Positions 12,493 through 25,115 are shown, counted from the first letter of the stretch. The stretch: 64,000 bases of DNA from Octopus sinensis (GCF_006345805.1 NC_043013.1:41850001-41914000); one strand, 5' to 3'. Notes: generated by a model not told the origin, from the sequence alone. A program made the numbers and translations.

Positions 12493-12902
12493 TTTACTCT
12501 TTTACTTGTTTCAGTCATTTGACTGTTGCCATGCTGGAGCACCACCGTTTAGTCGAGCAAATCGACCCCAGGACTTATTTTTTGGAAGCCTAGTACTTAT
12601 TCCCTCAGTCTCTTGCCGAACAGCTAAGTTGCGGGGACTTAAACACACCAGTATCGGCTGTCAAGCGATGTTGGGGGCACAAACACAGACACATACAAAC
12701 ACACACACGCATATACATATATACGACGGGCTTCTTTCAGTTTCCGTCTACCAAATCCACACACAAGGCTTTTGTAGTAGAAGACACTTGCCCAAGGTGC
12801 CACGCAGTGGGACTGAACCCGAGACCATGTGGTTGGGAAGCAAGCTACTTGCCAGAGCCACTCCTGCGCCTAGCTACTAACCACACAGCCACTCCTGCGC
12901 CT
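12493..12902 (-). mobile_element. SINE family A with duplicated 5' end
   Basis: GCCACTCCTGCGCCT occurs twice (about 12857-12871 and 12888-12902). Confidence 0.85.
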
Positions 12903-13814
12903 GTTTATATTCACGTAAGTTAGCAGTACGCAAAAAGCGACCGATAGAATAAGTAACTTAGAGGTACATCAAAAGTGAATGATAGAAAAACTACCAGCTT
13001 GAAATGATAAGTACTGGGGTCGATTTGATCGACTAAACCATTGAAGGCAGTGTTCCAGCATGGCTGCCGTCCAATGGCTTAAACAAGTAAAAAATAAACG
13101 AACTGAATCGCTCGATGTTGTCATTTAGTATAAAAACTTTATTAGTGAGTATAACACTTAAAGTAGGAGATACATTTAAATTAAACCCATCAAATCAAAT
13201 TGAGATAACGATCATTTAAATAAATGTTCAACTTGACTAGTTGATTACTTGATGCAGGCTTGCATACCTATCGGTTTTTTTTGTTTGTTTTTTTGTAAAG
13301 GAATATATATTTTTTCTTTAATCAATATTTTTCGCTAAATTTACTTAAACAGTAATAAAATGTAGTCGTATTCTACTTTTTTTAACTGTTATCATAGTTA
13401 GACCATCTAAAGTGAGATGTTGATTCTAATCGTCACTAGGTGACGAACTGGTGGAGCTGTTAGAGACTTTAAAAAACCACTATTGGTTGTGTGTTTACGA
13501 AACTCACTTGCAGTTATGCGGTTTCGGATTCAGTCCCACTGTTTGGCACTTCGGACTAAATTTAGTAGACGACCCAGCAACAATCAGAAGAAAACGAACT
13601 ACCTGCATCATGTGACCTTTGTGAGAAAAATGTGCACTTCCAGGAACAATATCATTAATTTAATACATTCCAGTTTATGTTCCCTTTTATTAAAGCGATT
13701 GAAACCGGTAGCATATTTGGATAAAATGTAAATTCTTTCTATTGTCTATGATACAGTATTTTCTCCCTTTTGTTCTTCAGTATAAATCTACCCATATCAA
13801 ATCTATTAACCTTT

Positions 13815-13854
<40 letters not shown>

Positions 13855-13961
13855 GTAAGTGTATCTATCTATCTATCTATATACATACATATATATATAT
13901 ATACGTAAGTGTATCTATCTATCTATCTATCTATATATATATATATATATACGTAAGTGTG

Positions 13962-14002
<41 letters not shown>

Positions 14003-14020
14003 ATATATATATATATATAT

Positions 14021-14084
<64 letters not shown>

Positions 14085-14130
14085 CGTAAGTGTATCTATC
14101 TATCTATATATATATTTTTTCTTCTGTGTA

Positions 14131-14168
14131 TCTTTCTGTCGAAGAGCGTAGGCTCGAAACGTAAAAGA
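14131..14168 (+). ncRNA. Candidate minimal type I hammerhead ribozyme (A6U core variant) in a (TA)n-flanked 150-bp element (14115-14265)
   Basis: UCUUU-CUGUCGA-A-GAGC GUAG GCUC-GAAA-CG-UA-AAAGA: 5-bp stem I, 4-bp stem II, palindromic ACGU stem III. Confidence 0.5.
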
Positions 14169-14265
14169 CTTTCTCTATTTCTATTCCTGAGCGCTATACT
14201 AATACATTTGTTTGTTTGTACTCCACCTGCCTTCGTCTTTTGTTTATTTTCGTAAACTTTCCCGT

Positions 14266-14296
<31 letters not shown>

Positions 14297-14454
14297 CGTA
14301 CGTGTATCTGTATGTGCGAGCGCGTGCGTGTGTGTATGAATGTATATGTATATGAACATATAGATAGATACATAGATAGTTATTTCTATCAAGCAATTAA
14401 TCTCTCTCTCTCTCTCTCTCTTTCTCTCTGTATATATATATAATATATATTTTT

Positions 14455-14489
<35 letters not shown>

Positions 14490-14848
14490 TTACTTGGAAA
14501 AGGATGAGAACACAATGAGAACCGCAAACATAAAAACAAAAACATAGAAAACGACCTATTTTTCGAACAACGAAAAAAAAACAGTGAAACGAGACATGCA
14601 GCATAAAGATTATTCCCCTTCATCAGTTGTCCCTGTTTCAGCTACTCCGCGTTACGAAGGCAAGGACAATACGCGACCTCGTTGAAACAGTCCTTCCCGC
14701 AAAGCAAATTAGATAAAATGTGGGATTTTTTGCGGAGGGTGAAAGTGGTAACAAGAACAGGACAGTGAGAACAAGACAGTAAAAACAAACGGTTTGTGCT
14801 GTTAAGCCAAGACGATAGAAAATTTATTATGAACGCTGTACAAATATA

Positions 14849-14946
<98 letters not shown>

Positions 14947-15458
14947 TATATATATTATATATACCTATTTCTATCAGTCAATCAACCAATCAATCAGTCA
15001 CTCTATCTCCTTGTCTGTCTGTCATACATTAGCATGCAGGGCGAAATGCTTAGCGGTATTTCGTCTGCCGTTACGTTCTGAGTTCAAATTCCGCTGAGGT
15101 TGACTTTGCCTTTCATCCTTTCGGAGTCGATAAATCAAGTACCAGTTACGCATCTTTCTCTCTCTTCCTTTCTCTCTCTCTCTTTGTCAGTTTCTCTCTC
15201 TTTCTCTCTCTCCCTCTATCTATCTGCATATATATATAAACATGCATACATGCATGCATGCATACATACATACATACATACATACATACATACATACATA
15301 CATACATACATACATACATACATACATACCAGTGTTAGAGTATGTATCTATGTGTTGCAGAAGAGTCCTAAGGCAGGGTAAAGTTTGTAGTAAGGATTAT
15401 TAAGCCTCCTCAAATAAAAATGAAATACCCATAATGTTCAGTCACACTTTTCTTTTAC

Positions 15459-16200
15459 TTACATCGTAAACTCAAAGTTACATTTTCCAGCTCTAACCTG
15501 ATCAATGTCGTTGATACTGAAAACGTCCATTTCATGCAGAAATTCATGTTCAGTATTCATTCCAGTAAGGTTGTTCAATCTGTTTGTTCGTTACTACTCC
15601 CTTGTCCATTCTACATTCCTTTCCATTTGTGAAATTGAGCGTTCCCCAATACAGTTAATAACTATGAGTGACGAATAGATGTGTCAGACATTTTCTACAT
15701 TTGGAGAATACGACTCCAAAGAAAAGCCATTTATCAAACGGCCAAACTTTATATCAACAAGGTCATGTTTGGAGCTAATTTGAGAAGCGATATCAGTTTT
15801 AAACAATTCTGTAAACCAAACCAATACTTCACCGAGATTTTTTCCAGATCTTCCGGTTGATAATTTGACAATATTTGATGACCTCTTTACAGTCTCTTCA
15901 GGTTTAAATGCCCGTTACTGATAAAGGAATTCAAATACATCACTCACCTTTTGATAAGCTTTTTGGCGTTTTGACAAGGCAGAAAGCAAGCAATGAATGA
16001 TGGCAAGAAATGTATTGGTTTATAAACTTCTGTGAAGGCGTTTGATATTCAACAAGTAGATCAGGAGTGCTGGTATCACTAAAATCAATACTTGTGGCTT
16101 TGCTTGTGTTATTTCCGAGTTTGTTGTTGACAATCTTTACACTTACTCAGACGTGTGGTGTTTTGTTCGATGTCTGGAAACGTTGATTATACAACTTGAT
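15459..16200 (-). pseudogene. hAT transposase C-terminal remnant (dimerization domain) with stops
   Basis: One frame 16019-15459: TFLAIIHCLLSALSKRQKAY...YSPNVENV*HIYSSLIVINCIGERSISQM...RLNNLTGMNTEHEFL. This matches the hAT motif FPNVE..LRIY..L.V.NC.GERSFS.L..RLN.L..M.IE. Confidence 0.75.
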
Positions 16201-16244
16201 TTTCAGGCAGTCAGTCGTCTTTAGAAATGTAGGACGCATTAGCC

Positions 16245-16800
16245 TGGCTCTCCGTCGGTTACAACGATGAGTGTTCCAGTTGATCCGATCAACGAAACAG
16301 CCTGTTCGTTAAATCAACGTGCAAGTGACATGCGTGCCCTCAACGTATGTCTCAGGGGGATTCAGCGTGAACACAGAGTGTGACAAGGCTGGCCATTTGA
16401 ATTACAGGTACAATTCATTTTTGCCACATGAGAAAACTGGAGCAACGTGAAATAAAGTGTCTTGGTCAAGGGCACAACGCGCGGCTGCGAGTCGAACTCA
16501 CGACCTCACGACTGTGAGTCGAATACCTATTTCTTTACTACCCACAAGGGGCTAAACACAGAGGGGACAAGCAAGGACAGACAAACGGATTAAGTCGATT
16601 ACATCGACCCCACTGCGTAACTGGTACTTATTTAATCGACCCCGAAAGGATGAAAGGCAAAGTCGACGTCGGCGGAATTTCAACTCAGTACGTAACGGCA
16701 GACGAAATACCGCTAAGCATTTCGCCCGGTGTGCTAACGTTTCTGCCAGCTCGCCGCCTTACTGTGAGTCGAATACCATAAACACGAAGCCACGCATCTT
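16245..16800 (-). mobile_element. SINE with D-type head and C1 tail, carrying a nested SINE B
   Basis: C1 tail at 16245-16400, D-type core CTGGAGCAACGTGAAATAAAGTGTCTTG; head split at 16527/16761. Confidence 0.75.
16528..16760 (-). mobile_element. SINE family B, full length, 17-bp TSD
   Basis: ACTGTGAGTCGAATACC at 16511-16527 and 16761-16777. Confidence 0.92.
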
Positions 16801-17545
16801 CAATGCAACTTGATTATAGCTATGCAAGAGTTCGTAAGGAGCACGATCTGTGTTCAAGTCTTGACTAGAAGATTTTTCAGAAGCAGTTTCTGAATAACAA
16901 TTGATGCACCGATTGATTTGCTCTGTAACAATGATTTTAAAATATGGCCATTATTTCTTTTCCCAAAAGTGGCGAGCTGTCAGAATTGCTACTGCTTTTA
17001 CCGCCTGGGTTCAAATAGTGTTGTGGTTGATTTTGTGTTTCACTTTACGAGGTCGATGAAATAAAGCACGACTTCAACAACTGGGGTCGATATTGACTCA
17101 GTTCTCCCTTCGAAATTTTTGGCTTTGTGCTAAAATTTGAAACCATTATTTCTGTTCCCAAGTTTATCATAACTAGAAGTAATCCACGAGGCCGTTAACT
17201 TTTTTCATTATCCATGTCGTGTTTTATTACAGAAAAGCTGTATTACAAAAAAAAAACACTCTTGCTGGATCTGCAAGAGTTTCAGTCAGTGCATCTAGCA
17301 ACATTTCAGTCAGTGTCCTGCGGCCGTACTGCTGCCATGCTGTGGCATCGTCTTGAAGAATTTTAGTCGAACGAATCAGACCCAGTACTTTTTTTAAGGC
17401 TGGTGGTTATTTTATAGGTCTCTTTGCCGAACCGGTAGGTTACGGGGACGTAAACACACCAACACTGGCTGTCAATCGGTGGTATATAATAAGCACATTC
17501 ACAAAGACACTCGCGCACACACACACACACACGCACACACAGACA

Positions 17546-17585
<40 letters not shown>

Positions 17586-17602
17586 ACGCACAAATATATA
17601 TA

Positions 17603-18467
17603 CTAGATCTGATCAATAAGTATCCGAACTGTTGTTATAGTATCGAAGCTAAAGCACGCAGAATACATTGACCTTGGCATACATTGACCTTGGACTCTGT
17701 TGTGCATGTGTCCTAAGTCTTAATGTTCTAGTTCACTTCCACTGTTTACAGAAATGCTTGAAAGGGACGTGTGTAGCGTGTGATCTTCGCATAGACCATG
17801 ACAGAGAAAGTTGTCTACGTGGTACCTGCTCAGAGGCCTGCGCAAAGTTGCAGAAAGTGTATGGAGAGAAGTGTATGAGCCGCACACAAGTGTACGAGTG
17901 GTGCAGACGTTCCCAAGATGGCCGAAAAATGTTCTGGGAGACCTGCAACCAGCAGAACTGGGAAAAACATCGCAGATGAGTATGCAACTGTGAGGGTATA
18001 TCGTCAAATCACCATCCGTGGGTTATCAGAAGATATGCAGATTAGTTACAGTTCAGTCCATTATCACTGAAGATTTGGGTATGAGAAGCATGTATGCCAA
18101 GTTTGTGCCCAAACTGCTTTCAGCTGGGCAAAAAGACACTCGGGTTTCAATTGCAGAAGATATTCTTGATTCTGCGGAGAACGATGAAAACTTTTTGAAA
18201 ACTTTGCGTAGATCTCTGATCAGGTATTGTCAGGCCTTTGGCAAAATTTAAAGCAGTTTCTCTGCTCAACTTTTTCATGGTCAATGCGACGATCACACGC
18301 GACACACGTTCCTTCCAAGCACTGCTGCAGACGGCTGAAGTGAGCTAGAACGTTAAAATCTAGTGCGCATGCAGAGTTCAAGTTCAATCTGTGCCAACCG
18401 ACTTCACTGTACGTATTTTAGCTTCGTTACTATGACAACAGTCCGAATACTTATGGATCAAACCACG
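17603..18467 (+). mobile_element. Internally deleted mariner element (TA TSD, TIRs, HTH and FVPKLL remnants)
   Basis: TA|CTAGATCTGATCAATAAGTATCCGAACTGTTG...CAACAGTCCGAATACTTATGGATCAAACCACG|TA. Peptides LQKVYGEKCMSRTQVYEWCRR and EDLGMRSMYAKFVPKLLS; catalytic domain absent. Confidence 0.85.
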
Positions 18468-19134
18468 TATATATTTATCTTTATATCTACGACGGGCTTC
18501 TTTCAGTTTCCACGCACAAGGCATTTCTCGGTCCAAAAATACAAGTGAACACACGTGTTCAAGGAGCCAGGCAGTGAAACTGAACCCGAAACCATGTGGT
18601 TAGGAAGCAAACTTCTGACTTCTTGCTCCACAGTTACGCCTAAGCCTAAGCCCTCAGACGTTAATCTTAGAATTACCGTATGTGCTTATTTATGTATCTT
18701 GGTGTGTACGCGTATGTGAGTATGTATGTATATGTGTGTGTGTATGTGTCTGTTTATGTGTTCATGTATGTGAGTCTGTGTACTTATGTGTGTATAAAAG
18801 TTTCTCTCTTTAAAAACTAGTGAACTGAATTAGCAGACGATAAGTAAGTTACGTCCATCTTGGTTAAGAAATTCAAGTGAAATATTTATACGGCGATAGA
18901 CTATTATACAGAAATAAGACGAAGCAGTTGGGTATTATTGAATTAAAGGATTACAAGTTTCATGGCTAGATATATTATAATGATCTTTCATAACTTTTTT
19001 CGACTACGCAGTCAGTCTATGAGCTTTCGAGAAAGTGGCGCATTCTAGAATATATTTAATCATACGGCATATTTAATCATACGGCATGTACTACAGTCTA
19101 TGCCTACCAACCAACGTCAAACATTACATTCATG

Positions 19135-19166
<32 letters not shown>

Positions 19167-19213
19167 AAGAGAGAAGGAGAGAGAGAGAGAGAGAGAGAGA
19201 GATAGACAGATAG

Positions 19214-19267
<54 letters not shown>

Positions 19268-19269
<2 letters not shown>

Positions 19270-19620
19270 GGTCCCGGGTTGATTCGGGGTAACCACAGTA
19301 AATAAGGTACTCAATACGTAGCCAGAGTAAAATTAATTTATTATATAGAAGGAGCTTCTACAGGACTAGAACTGTTTCATTCAAGAGAATCTTCAGGAAG
19401 CTAGTTAACAAGAATTGTATTGGCATTTATACATTTAGCAGGTTTAAACGGGTGGTGGTGGGGACTTTTTGGGGGTAGGCATAGCGCAAAATATCATACT
19501 TGGGGGAGTGGTCAAGGAGTCAGTGGTAAATAGATAAAAGAATAAAAAAAAAATAAAAAAAAAATATATATATAAAAAAGAGAATAGAGTTTTAGGTAAA
19601 TAAGGAGATTCTCACTTATA
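19268..19620 (-). mobile_element. Penelope-like terminal repeat (pLTR-like) ending in (TA)n
   Basis: Contains a hammerhead fold and a C-rich segment like the 3' UTR of the PLE at 22560; same strand as that PLE. The link is inferred. Confidence 0.5.
19353..19402 (-). ncRNA. Candidate type I hammerhead ribozyme
   Basis: AGCUUC-CUGAAGA-UUCUCUUGAAU-GAAA-CAG UUCUAGUC CUG-UA-GAAGCU: 6-bp stem I, intact core, 4-bp stem III, GUA site; stem II weak. Confidence 0.7.
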
Positions 19621-19936
19621 CCTATACACATATGTATACATATACACACACATACATACATATATACATACACACATACATACACACACACACATATACA
19701 TATTATACACATACACATACATATACATATCTACACATACACATATATATATATACATACACTCACTCACATGCATACACGTATACACACATGTATATAT
19801 ACACACACGACCACACATACATATACCACAGAAAAATATATATACATACCCACATACACACATGCACACACCAGCACACTAGTCCCTATATACACATATA
19901 TACACATACACACATATATAAAACATACACATACAT

Positions 19937-19967
<31 letters not shown>

Positions 19968-20639
19968 CATATGTGTACTCTATACATACCTACACATACA
20001 CACATATATACATACAAATACAGACCCATTCCCTAATTTTAATTTTATTATCTTCATTTATTACTTTTGTTGTCTTTGATCGCTGGTCCCAAGGATCTTG
20101 GCTATGACAGCAAGTCCATTATCTGTCTACTTGAAAACAAGCACTCATTCACGCACGCACACTCATTAGCACGTACACTCACTCATTCGTACACTCATAC
20201 ACCATACACGCACCACGCGTTATATTCATACATACATACATCTACATACATTCACGTATATACACATACGTACGCGTACCTACAGATTCTGTCTACACTC
20301 TTAGAAGGCTAGTCTATACATATCCACCAATAAATATATATTACACACATACATATACACCTACATACAAATACATACCTATAATATATATATATATATC
20401 ATAATGTGAACACATATTAATAATTGGTACGCTCTCTGTTTGTCTCTCTCTCTCTCTCTCATTTTTTACTTTCTCTCTATTCATCTTCTATTCCCTGATC
20501 CTTTGGTCTAGTCTTCCACTACCCTCCTATTTCTTTGTCTCGCTCTGCACTCACAGGTCATCTACACCCACATCTCCATCTCTGACCTCTTTCTCTCTCT
20601 TCTCTCTCTTTGTTGCGTTTTGTCCCCCTTTTCACTCTC

Positions 20640-21104
20640 TCTCTTTCTTTCTTTTCCCTCTTCTCTGTCACGTGATGTTGGCCGAAATCTGCCTTTCAGC
20701 TCCTGACCCTCGTCGTGTTAACATCGTTTCTTCGTCCGCCGCTATAAAGGCTTTTTCCAATGCGCAGAGAAAAAAAATTTGTTTGCTTGTTTATCATCGT
20801 AAGACACTGTTGTTTTCACATTTATCTTCTGTATTTCATGTTCTGTATCCATTATTGTTTTTTGTGTTTTTTATATCTGTCCCCTTTTGCTGTCCTGCGT
20901 ATGCATTCGATCCTTCTTCCAGGAAATCTACGCTCCAGCTTAGTTTTTTGGAGGGCTGGCCGTGATCTGTAATCTCAAGATAATCACCGAAATTACTACG
21001 ATGATCCGTCTTGACTGAAGACTGAGGGGTCGAATGTCCGTCCATGTTTATTGCATCGTCTTCTATGAGTATACGCTTGTCCATGTTGTATTTTTCTACA
21101 TACC

Positions 21105-21110
<6 letters not shown>
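20640..21110 (-). mobile_element. Unclassified (TA)n-flanked repeat; diverged relative of 53735-54215 (+)
   Basis: Shared blocks such as GCCAGCCC..AA.AAACTAAGCT..AGC.T.AGATT.C.TGGAAGAA and AATTTCGG....TTAT.CT.GAGATT. Confidence 0.55.
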
Positions 21111-21141
<31 letters not shown>

Positions 21142-21684
21142 CATATATATACACATATATATACATATATATACATACACAAATACATATACACACATAT
21201 ATATACACACATACACATACATACATATACACACATACACATACATACGTATACATACATACCTACATCCATACGTACATACATTTATACACATACACAC
21301 ACCCATATATATATATAACACACACTCATACATATCATACATACATATACAATATACGCACACACATACCTACATACACATATACACATACACAGCAATA
21401 CACATGTACATGCGTACCCATAACACACACACACATCAACGCGCATCCTATATACACACACACACATATACATTGTGCAACATACATACATACTCATACA
21501 TCACACCACTACATATACATATGCACACACTTACACACATATATACATACCACATATACATACATACATACATATATGCTACATACACACACACATATAT
21601 ATATATACATACATACAGATACACATACCTATACTATATCCACACATATATACACATCACATACTTATATCTCTACATACTCGC

Positions 21685-21729
<45 letters not shown>

Positions 21730-22090
21730 TACATATACCCATATCATGTATATACACACACATATATATATACACATCTACAATTTGTATCTACACTCAC
21801 ATACATGCACATACACATAACTCTACATACCTACATTACATCGACATACTCGCGTACACTCATATATATCACATATATACATATACACACACACATACAT
21901 TACTATACATATATATATATATAAATATATACATAATACACATATACCACACACATACATATATATATATATATACACACACCCACACACATATATATAT
22001 ATTATATACATACATATATATATACATACATACACATATACATACATGTACATATACATATATATACATATATATATACACCACATACAT
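21110..22090. repeat. Degenerate TA/CA low-complexity tract
   Basis: Directly visible; similar tracts at 19620-20400, 25140-25826, 28520-29035, 58170-59000 and 63500-63980. Confidence 0.95.
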
Positions 22091-22559
22091 ATATCAACAA
22101 ATGAGGGTAAAATTAATTAGTTATTATCAATTCACCCAGTATTCAGTATGTAAAAAGGACCATTATTTTTTGAGTAAACAATGTCTGAGGGAAAATATTC
22201 TCTAAGTAGTGGAAGAGGCTAAAAAACTTTTTTGGCTGCTATTTGTAGAAAGTTCAGTATGTGGCAAAGTAATTTATTTTACTAAGCCCTAATTATATAA
22301 TATTTTATACATACATACACATACATACACACATACATATACACATACATATGCATACACATATATACATATATACATATATACATATATACATATATAC
22401 ACACACACACACACAGGCACATACATATATATATATATATATATTTTTTTTACATACATACACACACAACACACACATAATACATGCGTATATTCCTATA
22501 TACCCATACATTTCTATACATATATACGATACACATATACAAGCGTGCACATACAATAT

Positions 22560-23845
22560 GTGAAAGGTCTTAGGAGAAAAGGTAATCGGGGGTGCTAGGG
22601 GAACGGTGGGGATTGGGGGGTTTTGTGGGTGGGGTGTCATCAATCTGGTTGCCGGGTAGGTATATAGTTCTTGTAGTTCGCATACTTCTTATGCATGCAA
22701 TTTGGGGAGTGTTCTGAGATTTTGTTAAGAGAGGACCTTTGGCGAACAAGATCTCTAGGCTCTCCGATATGCAAGGTCACAGCAGGTATGTCCTCCTGTG
22801 TACGAGCGCGCCTTCTGTAGTAGTTTCACTTGGTCTTGAAGGGGATTGAGTTCCTTTTAAGGTACCAGATGTGGGCGGCGAGGGTAGTTTGGTTGGATTA
22901 TCCTGTCGCCGGAACGAGTGTGTGTGGCGTACCAACGGGTCTTAAAGCTGTTTGACGTCATTCCGATGTAGGATTTACTTTTATCGTCAGGGCCTGATCT
23001 TACCTCGCATGTATATACTAGGTCCCTCTGTAGGCAGTTGTTGTTGAGGGGGCAGGTGGTTTTATCAGGGCAGTTGCAATTGCTATCGGACGTTGGATGG
23101 GCCTCGGAAAGTAGATATGTTAAGTTTTTTCACATTGTTGTCGGCTAGGTTCCTGGCTAGATTGGGCGTGTAGAGTAGGAGAGTCTAATAGTGTTCTTAT
23201 TTAGGATAGTGTAGTACTTATGTTGGGTGGGAAGTGTTTCTGTAGGAGAGTGAAGAAGATTTTAGCTACAGGTGTAGCGACCTCACGTTGAAGGGGGGGT
23301 TGTACCAGCTAATGTGTCTTCGTCTATTTTTCTGGGTTGGCGTGGGGCTTACTAGTATAGGTAATCTTATCTTTAAGCCACTGCGGGCCAGGGCCTCGTT
23401 GTAATAGGGGGCTGCGGCCTTAAGATATCTTCTGTGGCGGACAGGCTAGAAATTCTAATTGAGACACTTTTTATTAGGTTATCTAATATATTTTTGGGTG
23501 GTTTGGAATTAATATCTATATATCTAAGGGATTCATTCGTTTGTGGTACGGGTAATAAAGTGAGGTTTTTAAGTCGAGGGTGACATCAAGGAAGTTAGCT
23601 TTTGTTAAGTTGGATTCTAAGGTAATCCTAAGGCCTAAGTTTTTAAAGAAGGTGTAAAGATTTTCCGGAACCCATCCGTGGTCCTGGGGTTTATTTGTGG
23701 AGGGCGAAAAGGCCGTCATCGCGGTAAAGACCACCGAGAGAGAGGCCTGTGAATAGGGTTTCAGCCTATGGAGGATGAAAAGGCCCACTAGTCCCTTATT
23801 TCAGCAGAGTCGTTAGCACCCATGCTGACGTCGAAGGGGGTATAT
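22560..23845 (-). mobile_element. Penelope-like retroelement fragment (RT thumb + GIY-YIG endonuclease), decayed, 5'-truncated
   Basis: FFKNLGLRITLESNLTKANFLDVTLDLKT (ORF 23516). Manual translation gives CNCPDKTTCPLNNNCLQRDLVYTCEV...SYIGMTSNSFKTRW (about 23080-22930) and a C-terminal LLNK.SE...C.H. Confidence 0.9.
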
Positions 23846-23852
23846 ATATATA

Positions 23853-23895
<43 letters not shown>

Positions 23896-23896
23896 C

Positions 23897-24530
23897 ATAC
23901 ATAGAAGATACACTGTATTCTTCTATGAATAATGTATATCTATTGACTAAATTTTCCTTCTCGCTAGACCACGGGTAACAAAGAATTTCTCTATAAATAC
24001 TTTTACTACCCTAAGATTTTTTAATAAATGATAAAATGTTTTTGGATAATTTTGAAAGACAATCGGCAATTTATTTACTGCCGGATAGTTCCGCATTTGC
24101 GCGGAGGATTCGAAAAATTATAACATATAGACACATGGCATGTTACTTATTGCCTCGTATCTATATGTTGATCCCTGGCATCCTACTGACGAAGCAACGC
24201 CAGATATAAGTTAAAATTATTTAATTTTAATCTATGTAAGATTTCAGAAACTAAGCATAGTCCAGGAAAAATAGGATAAATATTTTTATTTTTCATTCCC
24301 TTTCAGAATTGCAACTATTAGTGGCTTGGAGATTTAACTGCTCTTTCTAGTGAGTCAGATGTCCTATCATTGGTCATCTCTGATGTGTTTGAATGCACAC
24401 TGTATTCTTCGATTAATAATGTATAGTCTATTGACTAAATATTTCCTTCTCGCTAGACCACTGGTAGCAAAGAATTTTTCTATATATATTTTTGCTAGCC
24501 TAAGATTTTTAATTAATGATATATAAATAC
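23897..24530 (+). mobile_element. Retrozyme/pLTR-like unit in partial tandem (about 135-bp terminal direct repeat)
   Basis: 23897-24030 is repeated at 24395-24530 (CACTGTATTCTTC...CTCGCTAGACCAC.GGTA.CAAAGAATT); contains a hammerhead fold; (TA)n flanks. Confidence 0.55.
24181..24267 (+). ncRNA. Candidate type I hammerhead ribozyme with long AU-rich stem II
   Basis: UCCUA-CUGACGA-(54 nt partly paired)-GAAA-CUA AGCA UAG-UC-CAGGA; GUC site; A.C mismatch at the base of stem I. Confidence 0.55.
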
Positions 24531-24789
24531 ATATGTATATGTATATCAGCGGTTTTCAACCAGGGTTCCGCGGAATCTTAGGGATCCGCCAGCACAGTCC
24601 AGGGGTTCCGCAAGAAGTTACAAAAATGCTAAAATCGACAGTAATTTTTAATTCTCCTGAGCAGATATGTGTGCATAAGCCAGTGAAATGTTTTCTTGGG
24701 GTTCCGCTCCAGCAAAAGGTTGAAAAGCACTGATGTATATATATATATATATATATATAATATGTATGCATGTTTATATAGACAAATAC

Positions 24790-24834
<45 letters not shown>

Positions 24835-24840
<6 letters not shown>

Positions 24841-25113
24841 ATCACGTGACCGATCAGACCATCAGATGTTGTTACACATCGCTGGTCACAATGCGTTGGC
24901 ATTGTTTTAGCCTTCGAATGACGCCACCCCGCTGGCTAAGCGAGCAGGCCAACAGAAGAAAGAGTGGTGAAAGATCACCACCCCCTGCCGGAGACTCGTG
25001 GAGCTTCTTAGGTGTTTTCGCTCAATAAACACTCATAACGCCCGGCCTGGGAATCGAAACCGCGATCCTACGACCGCGAGTTCGCTGCCCTAACCACTGG
25101 GCCATTGCGCCTC

Positions 25114-25115
<2 letters not shown>
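24835..25115 (-). mobile_element. SINE, family C head with alternative tail C2
   Basis: C head plus tail ...GAAGGCTAAAACAATGC...GTGACCAGCGATGTGTAACAACATCTGATGGTCTG; second copy at 34040-34338. Confidence 0.85.

Noticed and set aside
14600-14690. CTGATGA on the minus strand of a TA-flanked element
   Set aside because: No GAAA or compatible stems in this copy.
21005-21045. CTGAAGA...GAAT...GTC hammerhead-like order (also minus strand at about 53835-53860)
   Set aside because: GAAU instead of GAAA in both copies, and no stem I pairing.
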